The notes below the pieces were generated by a model that saw nothing but the letters and a program-made list of their open reading frames with translations, made no database searches and was not told the origin of the DNA. A stretch of DNA of 64,000 nt from Octopus sinensis (taxonomy: Eukaryota). Shown one piece after another: positions 26,197 through 40,367 of the stretch. A program made the position numbers and the translations under genes. Location of the stretch: the NCBI RefSeq assembly GCF_006345805.1, contig NC_043014.1, positions 37,882,001-37,946,000 on the forward strand, given 5' to 3'. Position 1 is the first letter of the stretch; each line of letters opens with the position of its first letter.

Positions 26197-26710
26197 TGTA
26201 TGTCGTATGTAGTATGTATGTATGTATGTATTATGTATGTATGTAATGTATGTATGTATGTGTATGTATGTATGTATGTATGTATGGATGTATGTATGTA
26301 TGATGTATGTATGTATGTGTATGTATGTATGTATGCATGCATGCATGTATGTATGTATGTAATGTATGTATGTATGTATGTATGTATGTATGCATGCATG
26401 CATGTATGCATGTATGTATGTATGTATGTATGTATGATGTATGTATGTATGTATGTATGATGTATGTATGTATGTGTATGTACGTACGTACGTACGTACG
26501 TATGTATGTATGTATGTATGTATGTATGTATTATGTATGTATGTAGGTATGTATGTATGCATGCATGCATGTATGTATGAATGTATGTATGTATGTATGT
26601 ATGTATGTATGTATGTATGTATGTACGTACGTACGTACGTACGTACGTATGTATGTATGTATGTATGTATGTATGTATGTATGTATGTATGTATGTATGC
26701 ATACATACAT
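26165..26710 (+). repeat. Long imperfect (TATG)n microsatellite
   Basis: Direct reading. Confidence 0.95.
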
Positions 26711-27480
26711 GAGTGCATAAATATATGTATATATACATGCATGTGTATATGTCTGTGTATTCTTACGATGTCGGTTTACTAACACTCCTTTTTTCTTATG
26801 GTCACAGTTATACGTATCGCAAGCATTATTCTTAACACAGCTCACAGACCTGGCATGACATCCTGTAAATTAAGACAGTTAATTAATCTAACAGATTTTC
26901 TTTAACGATTTACATTTCTAGGAAATACTTTTTCACAATATTTAGTCCAGTTAAGAGATCATATCCGCTAATATAACTATTTACTTGGTACCATATCTGA
27001 TTCTCGACATTTTAGCAAACTAATCTTAGTTTATTTTTACATAGTAAGTCAGTTTTGTTATTTAAAGAACAAAAAAAAACAACAACAAAAAACTTCATAT
27101 TTATAGTTACAGACATAGGCGAGTGGTTAAGAAGCTCAGTTTGTAGTCTTGTGTTTTCGGGCTCAATCTCACCGTGCGACACTCTTGGCAAGTGTCTTCT
27201 ACTATATTCCCGGGCCGGGTAAAGCCTTGTGAGTGAATTTCGTAGACGGAAGCTGAGTAGGAAATCTCTCTCACGCGCGCGTGTATAGATGTATGTATAT
27301 ATACAGAAAAAAGGCGCAGGCGTGGCTGTGTGGTAAGATGTTTGCTTCCCAACCACATGGTTCCGGGTTCAGTCCCACTGCGTGGCACTTTGGGCAAGTG
27401 TCTTCTACTATAGACGTCGAGCCAACCAAAGCCTTATGAGTGGATTTGGTAGACGGAAACTGAAAGAAGCCTGTCGTATG

Positions 27481-27526
<46 letters not shown>

Positions 27527-27806
27527 TATATATATATATATATTATAATGAATGCGCCCTTTTAAAGCCTAGCCAGGCTCATGGGCCCGGTTTCCCGGTT
27601 TCTATGGCGTATGTGTTCCCCAGCTGGACGGGACGTCAGTCCATTGCAGCATTACTCATTTTTGTCAGCTGAGTGGACTGGAGCAACGTGAAATGAAGTG
27701 TTTTGCTCAAGAACACAACGCGTCGCCCGGTCCAGGAATTGAAACCACAATCTTACGATCATGGTGCTGACACCCTAACCACTAAGCCACGCCCCCTCCC
27801 ACACAC

Positions 27807-27837
<31 letters not shown>

Positions 27838-30197
27838 TGTTTGTGTGTCTGTGTTTGTCACCCCAAGATCGCTTGGCAACCGATGTTGGTGAGTTTATGT
27901 CTCCGTATAGTTGCGGGGCTCGGCAAAAGAGACCGATAAAATAAGTACTAGGCTTAAGAAATAAGTTCTGGGGTCGAGCTGTTCGGTTAAAACTCTTAGA
28001 GACGGTGCTCCAGCATGACTGAAGTTCAGCGACCAAAGCAAGTACGAGATACAAGATATTTTATTGAGACTAACGAAGCTCAATTTTCTTTAAAAAAAAT
28101 TTCCATTCTGAATTACTATAATCGGAATCTCGTCAATGCATCCTTACATAAACTGGTCTTTTTAGGCAGTGTTCATTTATATCTACTTTCACGATAATCA
28201 ATAGGATAATTAGAGACCGTGTTCATTAATGAAACTGTCGTAGACAGTTCCACAGAAACGGTTTTATATTGTTTTGCTGACAACGTTTATTCTGCCTAAG
28301 TTTTCGTAATTTTCAACGAGCAATAATCACGCCTCGGATAAGTCTCCCTGGCAATGATATCACCTCTGCGTAAAGCTTCATACCAGACCATATCCCCACT
28401 AAAAAAAAAAAAAACAAACAAAAAGACTGATCTTCTATATGAGTCAATATACAGGACATATATCATCACTAAAAAAAAAAATACAATAAAAAAAAAACTG
28501 ATCTTCTATATGAGGAGTCAATATACAAGACACTAGAAGAGTCTCGGCTTCCTGTTGCGTTGCAGGATCGGAAGTAGATACTTCAGAAAATTCACGAAGA
28601 TTTTCCTCGGATTCAAAATAATTTCATATGACATAATGGGATGGAGGGATGGATGGAGGGGATTATAAGTGGAATACCTCTAATCATACAACACGTATAT
28701 TATACTTTTTTACTCTTTTACTTGTTTCAGTCATTTGACTGCGGCCATGCTGGAGCACCGCCTTTTAGTCAAGCAAATTGACCCCCAGGACTTATTCTTT
28801 GTAAGCCCAGTACTTATTCTATCGGTCTCTTTTGCCGAACCGCTAAGTTACGGGGATGTAAACACACCAGCATCGGTTGTTAAGCGATGTTGGGTGGGGT
28901 GACAAACACAGACAAACAAAATACACACACACACGCATATATATACATATACATATATACGACGAGCTTCTTTCAGTTTCCGTCTACCAAATCCACTCAC
29001 AAGGCTTTGGTCGGCCCGGGGCTATAGTAGAAGACACTTTGCCCAAGGTGCCACGCAGTGGGACTGAACCCGGAACCATGTGGTTGGTAAGCAAGGTACT
29101 TGCCATACTGCCACGCCTGTGCCTATGCCACACATCCACTCCTGCGCCTATGCCACACAGCCAAACAGAAACAAGTCTGACTTTATGATACTCGTGTGTT
29201 GATAACCATAAGTAAAAGATGGCCGCTGGATCACTACCACGTAACAAATCATTATCAGACAGTGGTTCTATATCTTTCAGAGTGCAGAGCCGTTTCATAG
29301 GATTACATTTTATAAACACAACCTCTACATTTTTGAGAGGTGGGAGGGGAAGACAGATTATTTTAATCAAATAAAAGCTTTTGTCAGCAGCTTATCCTTC
29401 ACGTACCTATTTTTAGATATTTGCATGGATTAATGCCCTCTAATATTATTTTGTTTTTGAAATTACTAAAAAATGATGAGGACATGTACTTATTTCAAAT
29501 TATGGCACAAAGCTAGCAGTTGGTGGATGTAGGGGTGAGTCGATTACATCGACCCGAGTACTTGAGTGGTACTTTATTCTATCAACCTAGAAATAATCCT
29601 TTATTTCTACAGGCTTAAAACCTGAAATTTTGCTGAAGAGACCTAGTCGATACATCGACCCCAACGCTTGAATGGTATTTAGGCGGCGAGCTGGCAGAAA
29701 CGTTAGCGCGCCGGGCGAAATGCGTAGCCGTATTTCGTCTGTCGTTACGTTCTGAGTTCAAATTCCGCCGAGGTCGACTTTGCCTTTCATCCTTTCGGGG
29801 TCGATTAAATAAGTACCAGTTACGCACTGGGGTCGCTGTAATCGACTTAATACCTATGTCTGTCCTTGTTTGTCCCCTCTGTGTTTAGCCCCTTGTGGGT
29901 AATAAAGAAATAGGTATTCATTTCATCAAAATAAGTAAAGGCAAGTGGACATCGGTGAAATTTGAACTCAGAACGTACTGAATCGGAAGAACCGCGGCTA
30001 AGAATTTTGTCATACACGCTAACGATTCTGCTTGCTTGCTACCTTTGAGTTCTTATATAATGGAGACAAAGATGGTTTGAAAATGTGTTTAAAATATAAG
30101 TACCGTACTTAGTCAAAAAATATTTTAGTTCTATTAAAAAATCATGATCCTCTGAGCATTCATTTCCCAGCCCCATAGAACCCCGTCACACATAAAC

Positions 30198-30244
<47 letters not shown>

Positions 30245-30269
30245 GCAGCAATGGGAGGGAAGTATCCAA

Positions 30270-31230
30270 AATATTGCTGCTGGAGAGGACCGACCAGGTA
30301 AAGGACCTGGGTATCTTAGTGGATTCTTCCTTTTCGCCTTCGGCCCAGTGCGTCATGCTGCCAACAAAGCACGCAGAGTTCTGCTTTTGATTCGACGGTC
30401 ATTCGGAATGCTCACAGCAGCCATATTCCTACCTATTTCTTTACTACCCACAAGGGGCTAAACACAGAGGGGACAAACAAGGACAAACAAACGGATTTAG
30501 TCGATTACATCGACCCCAGTGCATAACTGGTACTTAATTTATATCGACCCCGAAAGGATGAAAGGCAAAGTCGACCTCGGCGGAATTTGAACTCAGAACG
30601 TAATGGTAGACGAAATACGGCTACACATTTCGCCCGGTGTGCTAACATTTCTGCCAGTTCGCCGCCATATTCCTACCGCTCTATGTTACGCTGGTGAGAC
30701 CCATATTGGAGTACGGGATTCAAGCCTCTTCTCCTTATCTCCTCAAAGACATACATCATCTCGAAAGAGTCCAGAAGATGGCTACCCGCATGGTTCTTGG
30801 TCTCAAGCATTTGTCTTATGAAGAAAGGCTGAAGACGCTCGACATTTATTCTCTAGAAAAACGATGCCGCCGTGGTGATCTCATTCTTGCTCACAACATC
30901 ATAAGCGGAAAGTGTAACCTCTCGAAAGAGCTGTTCTTCACTCCTGCTCTAGGGCGTCGGCTGCGGGGTCACTCCGAAAAGCTATCTGCGACGATTTCAT
31001 CTCAATCGAAGGAGAGGGGCTTTCTTCGTCCGGGTTGCGGATCCGTGGAATAAGCTGCCAGACGAGATAGTGAAGATGCCGACGACCGCTCGGTTCAAGG
31101 TCTCTCTTGACCAGAAATTGCCTGAACTCTTTGCATGAACACCAACCTGTACATAACTCCATGTCCCCCTACATGGCCTTGCTAATTGCTTTTTGAGCCA
31201 AAAAATTAACTTAACTTAACTTAACTTAAC
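30270..31230 (+). mobile_element. CR1-clade LINE 3' end (RT C-terminus) interrupted by a SINE; (TTAAC)n tail
   Basis: VKDLGILVDS, RPILEYGIQASSPY..DIHHLERVQKMATRMV..LKHLSYEERL, RGDLI, LRGH, WNKLP motifs. Confidence 0.9.
30434..30663 (-). mobile_element. SINE family A inserted in the CR1 LINE
   Basis: TSD GCCATATTCCTACC at 30420-30433 and 30664-30677. Confidence 0.92.
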
Positions 31231-31979
31231 ATTATCTTTTGAGCAACGAGATATGCGCTCGGCACTAAAGCATAGTTGAGTTTGGGTTCTCGGAGAAAGA
31301 AAGTAACCCATATTTCAGAGGATCTGAAAGATCTTTAATGGCAGAAATATTACCGTTTGTGCAAAGAACGTTGGAATAAAACAAACTTACATTCTTATAC
31401 CGCGTTTTTTCTTTCTGTACAACCTTGACCCCGGAAAAGCGGTCGTTCAAAACAAACACTGAAAATTTAATCAGGAAGTGAACATACCTACCCATTTACT
31501 AACATCGTTGCGTACATCTATGACCACATAAATACCTGTTGACCTACTTAGCTAAATACACACATCCTTATATACACACTATATGCTTACATAATCAGAT
31601 GAAAAGCTTTCAGTTTATCAGCAAAATGTCTTACATGTCTATGTCGTCAGAAAGATTCAGCGACAGAAACAGTTCAATTGAAGTAGCCCATCTTAGATCT
31701 ACAAACGTCTATTATATTAGCTCTAATTTTGAGGGTATGTTTCTGTAAATCAAGAAAAAAGAAATAACAACAACGTACCCCATGTACAAAAAGGGATAGA
31801 AATTCGAATACAACACTTAGACTACTAAGAATACTAAGTGGACTTAATACCAAATGTTCAATTATATCATAAACGGCTATACAAAAATGTCATCACAATA
31901 CTATCTGCCTATCATGTAAGTTATAGTAACCTCAAAATTATACAATACAATCCCCGAAATGATGATAATCCTGAATACA

Positions 31980-32043
<64 letters not shown>

Positions 32044-32916
32044 TGGTCTGAATATATATATGGTCTGAATATTAAAAAGACTCCGCCGGTTACGACGACG
32101 AGGGTCCCAGCTGATACGATCAACGGAACAGCTTGCTTGTGAAATTAACGTGCAAATGGCTGAGCATTCCACAGACACGTGTACCCTTAACGTAGTTCTC
32201 GGGGATAATCAGCGTGACACAGAGAGTGACAAGGCTGACCCTTTGAAATACAAGTACAACTCATTTTTGCCAGCTGAGTGGACTGGAGCAACGTGAAATA
32301 AAGTGTCTTGCTCAAGGACACAACGCGTCGCCGGGAATCGAACTCACAACCTTACGATCATGAGCCGAATGCCCTAACCACTAAGTCACGCGCCCTCCCT
32401 ATGGTCTGAATATATATATGGTCTGAAAGCCTCATCAGTTCTTTTCTTTACTCTTTTGCTAGGTAGCTACCTACCGCCACTATGTCTGGAAGCTACGGTA
32501 TGGTACACAAGCGACATCAGTTCAATGGGCAATGGCATGCTTTTAGTTGTCAGAAGTGAAAGTAGAAAAATCTGACGTCATCGTCAACTTCGTGTATTTA
32601 CGTCGTCAGGTTTACTTTCGTTAATTTACGCCGTTTATTTACGTACCACCACGCTGTTAGGTTTATAAAACAATTGAAGTTCAGTTTAAAGTTTATAAAT
32701 AAATACATTTCATTCCATGTTCTTTACTTTTACTTTTACTTTTACTTGTTTCAGTCATTTGACTGCGGCCATGCTAGAGCACCGCCTTTAGTCGAGCAAA
32801 TCGACCCCGGGACTTATTCTTTTTGCCGAACCGCTAAGTGACAGGGACGTAAACACACCAGCATCGGTTGTCAAGCAATGCTAGGGGGACAAACACAGAC
32901 ACACAAACACACACAC

Positions 32917-33001
<85 letters not shown>

Positions 33002-33439
33002 CATACGATAGGCTTCTTTCAGTTTCCGTCTACCAAATCCACTCACAAGGCTTTGGTCGGCCCGAGGCTATAGTAGAAGACATTTTGCCCAAGATGCCAC
33101 GCGGTGGGACTGAACCCGGAACCATGTAGTTCATAAGCAAGCTACTTACCACACAGCCACTCCTGCGCCTGTTTAAACTTTATAAATAAATATGTTCTTG
33201 CATTATTCAATATTGTTTTTAAAAAAGAAATCACACTAAATCTGCACAAATGACCACCACCACCGCGATCACATACACCAATCAGCATGACCACTGACCA
33301 CCACTACCACCACCGAAACCGCGCGTAATTCAAAGTTTGAAAGTTCTTCACTTTGATATCAACACGTGCGAAAAAATTTCCCGAAAAAATATGGCTTCTG
33401 CTTATCCAAGTCTAAAAGGAATTAATCACCGCGATGTTG

Positions 33440-33733
33440 CCATCGCCACGGCTACAACAGCAGATAGCATTAATTGGAGGAATTTTTGCCGTGATATATG
33501 TGCAGAATATTATTATGTTGCACAAAACATTAAGCTCGGAGGGCCAAACCGAATTGTAGAGATAGACGAAAGCGCGTTTGTTAGAAGAAAATATAATGTT
33601 GGCCATCGGGTTAAAACGCAGTGGGTTTTTGGCGCTTTAGAAAGAGATACCAGAAGATGTTTTTTAGTGGCAGTGGAAGATCGACAGCGGACACCCTTTT
33701 ACAAATTATACAAGAGCGTATATTGCCTGGTAC
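33440..33733 (+). pseudogene. Merlin (IS1016/ISXO2-like) DDE transposase fragment
   Basis: WRNFCRDIC...LGGPNRIVEIDESAFVRRKYNVGHRVKTQWVFGALER...FLVAVEDR / DTLLQIIQERILPGT (frameshift). Confidence 0.9.
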
Positions 33734-34205
33734 AACCAGATTACAAGTTCAGGTTTATACCTGTAATTATTGGGGCCCTGGGATATGTAGCACACTACCT
33801 AAATACGAATCTTGCGAAATTTGGCTTCTGAAAACCAGAAAGGGGAAAGCTAATTTGAAGACTACAGATCCAATCAATCACTGGAAGCGTAAAAATCTGT
33901 AAAACATTCCAGAAGTTTATCATTTAAATATATATAAATATATATGTCTAGATATGCAGCAATATACATGAGAAGACATACATAAAGCAAACCATACAAA
34001 TTTGCACACATACATACATACATACATACATACATACACACTAACAAAAATATCCAGTTCTTGATATTAAAATTCCAATGAAGGATCCTTGAATGTATGT
34101 TACAAACCGGCTGTCTCTCTATTAGCAAGAAATTTTGAAATAAAACTGAACAATGACATACATACATACATACATACATACATACATACATACATACATA
34201 CATAC
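33734..34205 (+). mobile_element. R4/Dong-like RLE non-LTR retrotransposon 3' end with (CATA)n
   Basis: PDYKFRFIPVIIGALGYV...RLQIQSITGSVKICKTF; 3' UTR shared with 63540-64000 and 25125-25240. Confidence 0.7.
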
Positions 34206-35117
34206 TTACGTACGAACATACCTAGGTACGTACCTGCGACGAACTTAAATGAATCTCTAGGAAATTCACATTTCTTGGGGGGAAAAAGCATACACAAACT
34301 TACAACTTATCTATCCAGGTTACAGATATTAACATTTGTATCTCTAACTATTGGCGCCGAGCTGGTTTATGTTATTAAGTACGTAAGTACTCCATCTGCA
34401 AAAGATGGAGCGTGTTAGAATAGAAAAAAGGTTAACACCGGACGCGCATTCCGAGACAATGCAGTTGTGTAGCTTGAGTGTATACCATCTACAGCAGACC
34501 CTGAGATTTCTACCGTTCCTTCACCGGGCCCACCACCAAAGAAAAAAAAGTACAGCTTATACAGGCTTATACAGTAAGCCTCAAAGTGCGACTCCGGTAA
34601 AAGCGTTAACCGGGATGGATCGGATACTCATCTCACTAGCGGCTTTTTATTTTTTATTTGTCTTATTACATGCTTTGTCATTTGACTGCGGCCAAGCTGC
34701 AGCACCACCTTGAAGCGTTTTAGTCGAACAAATCGACTCCAAGAATGATTTTTTTTCTTAAGGCTAGTACTTATTCTATCGTTTTTTTGCCGAACCGCTA
34801 CACATCCACATACATATACACATACAAATAAATATATACATACATAATACACACACACATGTCTATATATAAGAAGGGCTTCTTTCAGTTTCCGTCTACC
34901 AAATTCACTCATAAGGCTTTGGTCGGCCCAAGGTGCCACGCCGTGGGACTGAACCCGGAACTATGTGGTTGGGAGGCAAGCATCTTATCCCACAGCCTCG
35001 CCAGCGCCTATGCTATTGAGGAAAAAATGATAAAGTTCCATCTCGGTTATATGGACTCTAAGGCCAGTTTCTCGGAGTCTCTGGCGTATGTATGTAATAT
35101 ATATGTATATATATGTG

Positions 35118-35177
<60 letters not shown>

Positions 35178-35245
35178 TATATATTATATATATATATATG
35201 TATGTGTGTGCGTGTGTGTGTGTGTATGTATGTATGTGACCGCAT

Positions 35246-35445
35246 GTGGGTACCGTTGGCGACTTTTTTCCTCCGTTTTTCCTCCGTCTTCCCTTCTTTG
35301 GATCTTTTCTTTTTCCTATGTATCTGACGACGAGCTCTGCTCGAAACGTTAAATCCTCCTTCTTTCTTTCCTTTCCTGAGCGTCCAATAACACTATACTT
35401 GTTCCACGTCCTCGCGTTGTTGTGTTTTCATGTTTGGATTAACTA
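35246..35445 (+). mobile_element. Penelope-like 3' terminal fragment with minimal hammerhead (35320-35354)
   Basis: GUAU-CUGACGA-C-GAGC-UCU-GCUC-GAAAC-GUU-AAAU; stem I partly decayed; microsatellite on both sides. Confidence 0.65.
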
Positions 35446-35539
35446 TGTATATATATATATATATGTGTATGTATGTATGTATGTATGTATGTATGTATGT
35501 ATGTATGTATGGTGGTTGTGTCTGAAGTCCTCACTCACC

Positions 35540-36280
35540 TCGTAAACATTCCGTAATCAGGATGGGAATATTCAGAAGATCTGATTTGGTTTTTCTCGAA
35601 CGAGAAAAACTTCGACCAAGATAAAAAAGTTAACAGAAGAAATGACAGATGGTTATGTGCAGACCCTTCTGAAGTTCTAAGTGTTATGCATTGAAAATTT
35701 CCTGCAATTGTCATGGATTTAGGGGTTGTTGCAATGAAGAACATGTGATGCCTCCTTACTTCTTTCCACAAAGCCTTAGATTTAACTCTGCGCCTACATT
35801 GAGGTCTTGGAAATAATTGTTAAGCTCTGGATAGACAGTGTATGCAATGGAAGTCTATATGTGTTTCAGTAAGACTCTGCAGTATCACACATAGCTCTAG
35901 TAACACAAGAATAGATGGCTGAAAATTTTCATGATTACATAACCCCTGACATTTGACCTCCTAATTCCCTAGATCTCAATCCAAATCTCAAAACATGTTG
36001 AGAGAGAGGTCAATGAACATAACCATAACACCAAAGATTCTTTGAAAGCTGCCACAGTCAGAGAATTGTCCATAATGAACGAGGACCACGTGATTCGAGC
36101 ATGCAGATGATTTAGATCTCATATACCAGTTGTTGAAGCTGAAGGCTTTATTGAATAACATTATAGAAAAGAAGGTTTATTTCTATCCTCATAGCATTTT
36201 TTGATGAGAAACGTTATTATCTGTTATTATATGTTTTTTTATATAACATAAATCTGTCCTCAAATATCTTACACACCCTG
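35540..36280 (+). mobile_element. Decayed maT/Tc1-like transposon
   Basis: KNFDQDKKVNRRNDRWLC remnant; 3' TIR-like ACACACCCTGTTA. Confidence 0.7.
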
Positions 36281-36314
36281 TTATATATATATATATATAT
36301 ATAATATATATATA

Positions 36315-36362
<48 letters not shown>

Positions 36363-37168
36363 AATGTGTGTGTGTGTGGTGTGTATGTATACACACATAC
36401 AAACTGTATATGTATATATCGTGACACTCCGTCGAGGGTCCCAGTTGATCCGATCAACTGACCAGTCTGCTCGTAGAATTCGTGGAGCTTTAAGTGTTTT
36501 CGCTCAATAAACACTCACAACGCTCCGTCTGGGAATCGAAACCGCGATCCCACGACCGTGAGTCCGCTGCCCAAACAACTGGACCATTGCGCCTCCATAT
36601 ATATACATACACACGCACACACTATAAAATATGTACATCAATAATAACCGCAAAGCACTCCGTGTCAGTGATAAACAAACCTTCCACTATACTTTATCCA
36701 CCTCTTGGTGTATTTCGTCATCTGTCTATTTCTTTACTCTCATACATTTACACCCTTCCCTTCCTCCCCCCGCCACATAAATGCATTCTGTATATTTATG
36801 TATTAATATAGATACATGTTTATGTTTGCGAATATTTATGCCTGCGCATGTTAGTGCGTTAGTGTCTGCGTGCGCATGCGTGGAAACAAAGCCGCGCGAT
36901 TTGTCACGCTTTCCGTAACTACTTCAACCTTTGTCGTGAAGTAATATAATCATGGCACCTTTCAGCGAAGAAAGAGACGTAATTTTCAAGACTATTTCAT
37001 TAATAAATTTCGTAGACTTTTTTTTTTTTATATAATAACGTATAATTAACGTATGATACATTCATCCCGACTACCTCTGCCATGTAAATATTTTGTCAAA
37101 CTCCTCTATGTAAAACTGGTAAATTTACACCTGGTTTCATAGTATAACTATTCGAGAAAAACTACCAG

Positions 37169-37268
37169 NNNNNNNNNNNNNNNNNNNNNNNNNNNNNNNN
37201 NNNNNNNNNNNNNNNNNNNNNNNNNNNNNNNNNNNNNNNNNNNNNNNNNNNNNNNNNNNNNNNNNNNN
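37169..37268. other. Assembly gap (100 N)
   Basis: Run of N. Confidence 1.
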
Positions 37269-37634
37269 TATAGTTTCAGCTGAGCATATAGTATTGAGAA
37301 CAGGCTTTTGCGTATGTTTACATTGCGGTATAATTTCTCGAGATGTTTACGTACGTACATATAGACAGACAGACGTAAAAATAGATAGACAGACAGAAAC
37401 GGGCTCTTTCTATATATATATATAAAACAAAATGAAGTTGTAAGATCCCGCACGAGTGGAAATATATATGAAAGAAGGTTTGAAAATGCAGTTTTAAAGA
37501 TGTTTATTAAACATCTTTAAAATTGCATTTTCAAACCTTATTTCATATATATATATATATATAATATATATATATATTATATATATATATATTATATATA
37601 TATATATGTATGTATAAAAATATATATTATAAAA

Positions 37635-37830
37635 AATACAAAATGGACAAGAACGCAAAACATTAAATAGACGATACAAAAAACGGACGGGTCATTCGAA
37701 GCCTCTAATCTTCAGTCAAGAACCGGATCATCCTCGCAATTTCGGCTGATTAATCTTGAGATTGCTCCGATCTGGCCAGCCCCAAGGAAAAACTAAGCTA
37801 CGAGCATTAGATTTCTTGGAAAAAGGATCG
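37635..37830. mobile_element. Solo terminal fragment of the 41838-42830 family (opposite orientation) in (TA)n
   Basis: CAGTCAAGAACCGGATCATCCTCGCAATTTCGGCTGATTAATCTTGAGATTGCTCC is the revcomp of the direct repeat. Confidence 0.75.
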
Positions 37831-38325
37831 AATATATATATATATACATATATATATTCTTTTATTCTTTTATTTTTTCATTCGTTTCAGTCATTTCACT
37901 GCGGCCATGCTGGAGTACTGCCTTTAATCGAACGAGTCGACCCAAGGACTTATTCTTTGAAAGCCTAGTACTTATTTTATCGGTTGCTTTTGCCGAACCG
38001 CTAAGTTACAGGGACGTAAACACACCAACATCGGTTGTCAAGCGATCGAAGTGGCGACAAACGCAGACGCGCGTGCACACCTACCCACACACATATGCGA
38101 CGGGCTTCTATCAGTTTCCGTGTACCAAATCCACTCATAAGGCTTTGGTCGTCCCGAGGTTATAGTAGAAGACACTTGCCCAAGGTACCACGCAGTGGGA
38201 CTGAACTCGGAACCATGTGGTTTGGAAGCAAGCTTCTTATACAGTGCGCGCGCATATTATATATATATATATATATATATTTATTTTTTTTCCAGTTTCA
38301 GCTCTTGTGCTGTGGCCATGCGGGG

Positions 38326-38382
<57 letters not shown>

Positions 38383-38386
<4 letters not shown>

Positions 38387-38798
38387 CGTTATATAATTAG
38401 GGTTCAGTAAAATAATTTACTTTACCATACACCGAACTTTTAGAAATAGCAGCCAAAAAATCTTAGCTATTTCTTCTACTATAAGAAAAATCTCCCAGAC
38501 AATGCATACTCAAAAAATAACTCACACAGGTGTGTGATCTTTTGTTATTTTTCCCTCTATACCTGTGTATCATTTTTGAGTATGTATTGTCTGGGAGATT
38601 TTTCTTATAGTAGAAGAAATAGCTAAGATGTTTTGGCTGCTATTTCTAAAAGTTCGGTGTGTGGTAAGTAAATTATTTTACTGAACCCTAAGTATATAAC
38701 GTAATGTTTTAAATATACCGTAAATGGTCTTTTTACATACTGAACACTACTTGGTGGTAAATTAATTAATATTAATTAATTTTACTCCTTATTATTGA
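38383..38798. mobile_element. Fold-back element (arms 38383-38531 / 38561-38705, right arm extends to ~38798), homologous to the 3' tail of the 567-nt family
   Basis: GGGTTCAGTAAAATAATTTAC...GTAAATTATTTTACTGAACCC palindrome; GCTGCTATTTCTAA and TAAATGGTC..TTTACATACTGAA shared with 61530-61650; TA flanks. Confidence 0.75.
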
Positions 38799-39038
38799 TA
38801 TATATATATAATATATATATATATATATTATATTATATATATAATATATATATATATATACATATAATATACAATCGGAGAATTTAGAAACTTCGACAGA
38901 GCGTGAAACAATTCTTTTATGGGAACGGTGAAACTAGAAGCAGATAAAGCTATAAATAATAGCATGTGAATAATGGGTTGAAAAAACTCTATAGATCGAA
39001 ACTTCGACGTCACTGTCAATAATTTCCTTGTTTTATAA

Positions 39039-39362
39039 CATAGGTTCCCGAAGTGGGCGCTACCGCCCCCCACTTGGCATTGAGAGGGTCCAGGTGGGAG
39101 CTGGTGTGTAAGGGGGTGGTGCGGAGGGGCGGTAGAGAAAAGGAAGGCGTTGGGAGGAAGGCAGCGATTTGGGGGACGCTATAAATTTATATTATCATAG
39201 TATTGTATACAAATTATATAACATTAAATCTCAAATGATTTATAGTATATATAAATTAGTATAATATAAAATATTTATTTATACAAAAAAATCGGGGTGG
39301 CGTACTGAGGGTATTATGTGCCCATGAGCGGGTCGGTGGCTCCCAAACTTTGAGAACCTCTG
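39039..39362. mobile_element. hAT-type MITE
   Basis: CATAGGTTCCC / GAGAACCTCTG ends; TSD TTTTAT(A/G)A. Confidence 0.7.
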
Positions 39363-39688
39363 TTTTATGATAATAAGTTTGTACTCAACAAAAATATAGA
39401 TTAAACTCATCAGATAAATGCAAAACTGTTTTTATTACAACTGAACATAAGGCGGCTAGCTAACAGAATCGTACCAGCTGAACACCGGGGGTCAACGTAA
39501 CCGGCTTACCCTGCCTCAGAAATTGCTGGCCTTGTGCCAAAATTTGAAACCATTATAACTGAACATAGAAACAAACAAAAACAGACCGATAGAATAAGTA
39601 CTAGGCTTACAAAGGCGGTGCTCCTGTCCAATGACTGAAAAAATAAAAGAATAAAGAATAAGTATATTATATATAAATACATATATAT

Positions 39689-39746
<58 letters not shown>

Positions 39747-39953
39747 CTAATGATAAATATCAAAGTGAGTTTATACAGTAGCGGTAACACATCGTGACGT
39801 ATATTTTGCCACTCAATATGGCTACCCCCCCTAAGGGGATGCACTGTAGTTTTTAAGCCCCAGGAGGACACACTCCTCCTCCAGCTGGCCATAGACCACA
39901 CTTCTGTGTCCTGTCAGTATTTGCAAAGGGAAGTCATCCTTCCGTCTTCAACT

Positions 39954-40013
39954 TATGATACACACGGACTCGAGTTTCGAGGTATTGCTTCTCGTCAGCG
40001 TGTGACAATCATA
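39954..40013 (-). ncRNA. Type I hammerhead ribozyme, monomer 1
   Basis: Revcomp CACACG-CUGACGA-GAAG-CAAUA-CCUC-GAAAC-UCGA-GUC-CGUGUG; one A.C mismatch in stem II. Confidence 0.85.
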
Positions 40014-40306
40014 GTTTTGTCGGCGAGAATTAGATTTCCTTCACAATACTTATACTTTTTCCAGCGTCCACTGTCGCTGATATTGAAAAAGTGAAATCAA
40101 ACATGAAAATATCAAAGTGAGTTATATATAGCAGTAGCGGTAACACATCGTGACGTATATTTGCCATCTCAATATGGCTACCCCTAAGGGTGGATGCTAC
40201 TGTATTTTTTAAGCCCCAGGAGGACACACTCCTCCAGCTGGCCATAGACACACTTTCTGTGTCCTGTCAGTATTTGCAAAGGAAGTCATCCTTCCCGTCT
40301 TCAACT

Positions 40307-40367
40307 TATGATACACACGGACTCGAGTTTCGAGGTATTGACTTCTCGTCAGCGTGTGACAATCATA
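40307..40367 (-). ncRNA. Type I hammerhead ribozyme, monomer 2
   Basis: Revcomp CACACG-CUGACGA-GAAG-UCAAUA-CCUC-GAAAC-UCGA-GUC-CGUGUG. Confidence 0.88.

Noticed and set aside
13979-26845. Long ORFs such as 13979-14473, 21972-22568, 26154-26845 and other YI/HT/CV-rich frames
   Set aside because: Translations of microsatellites or low-complexity DNA
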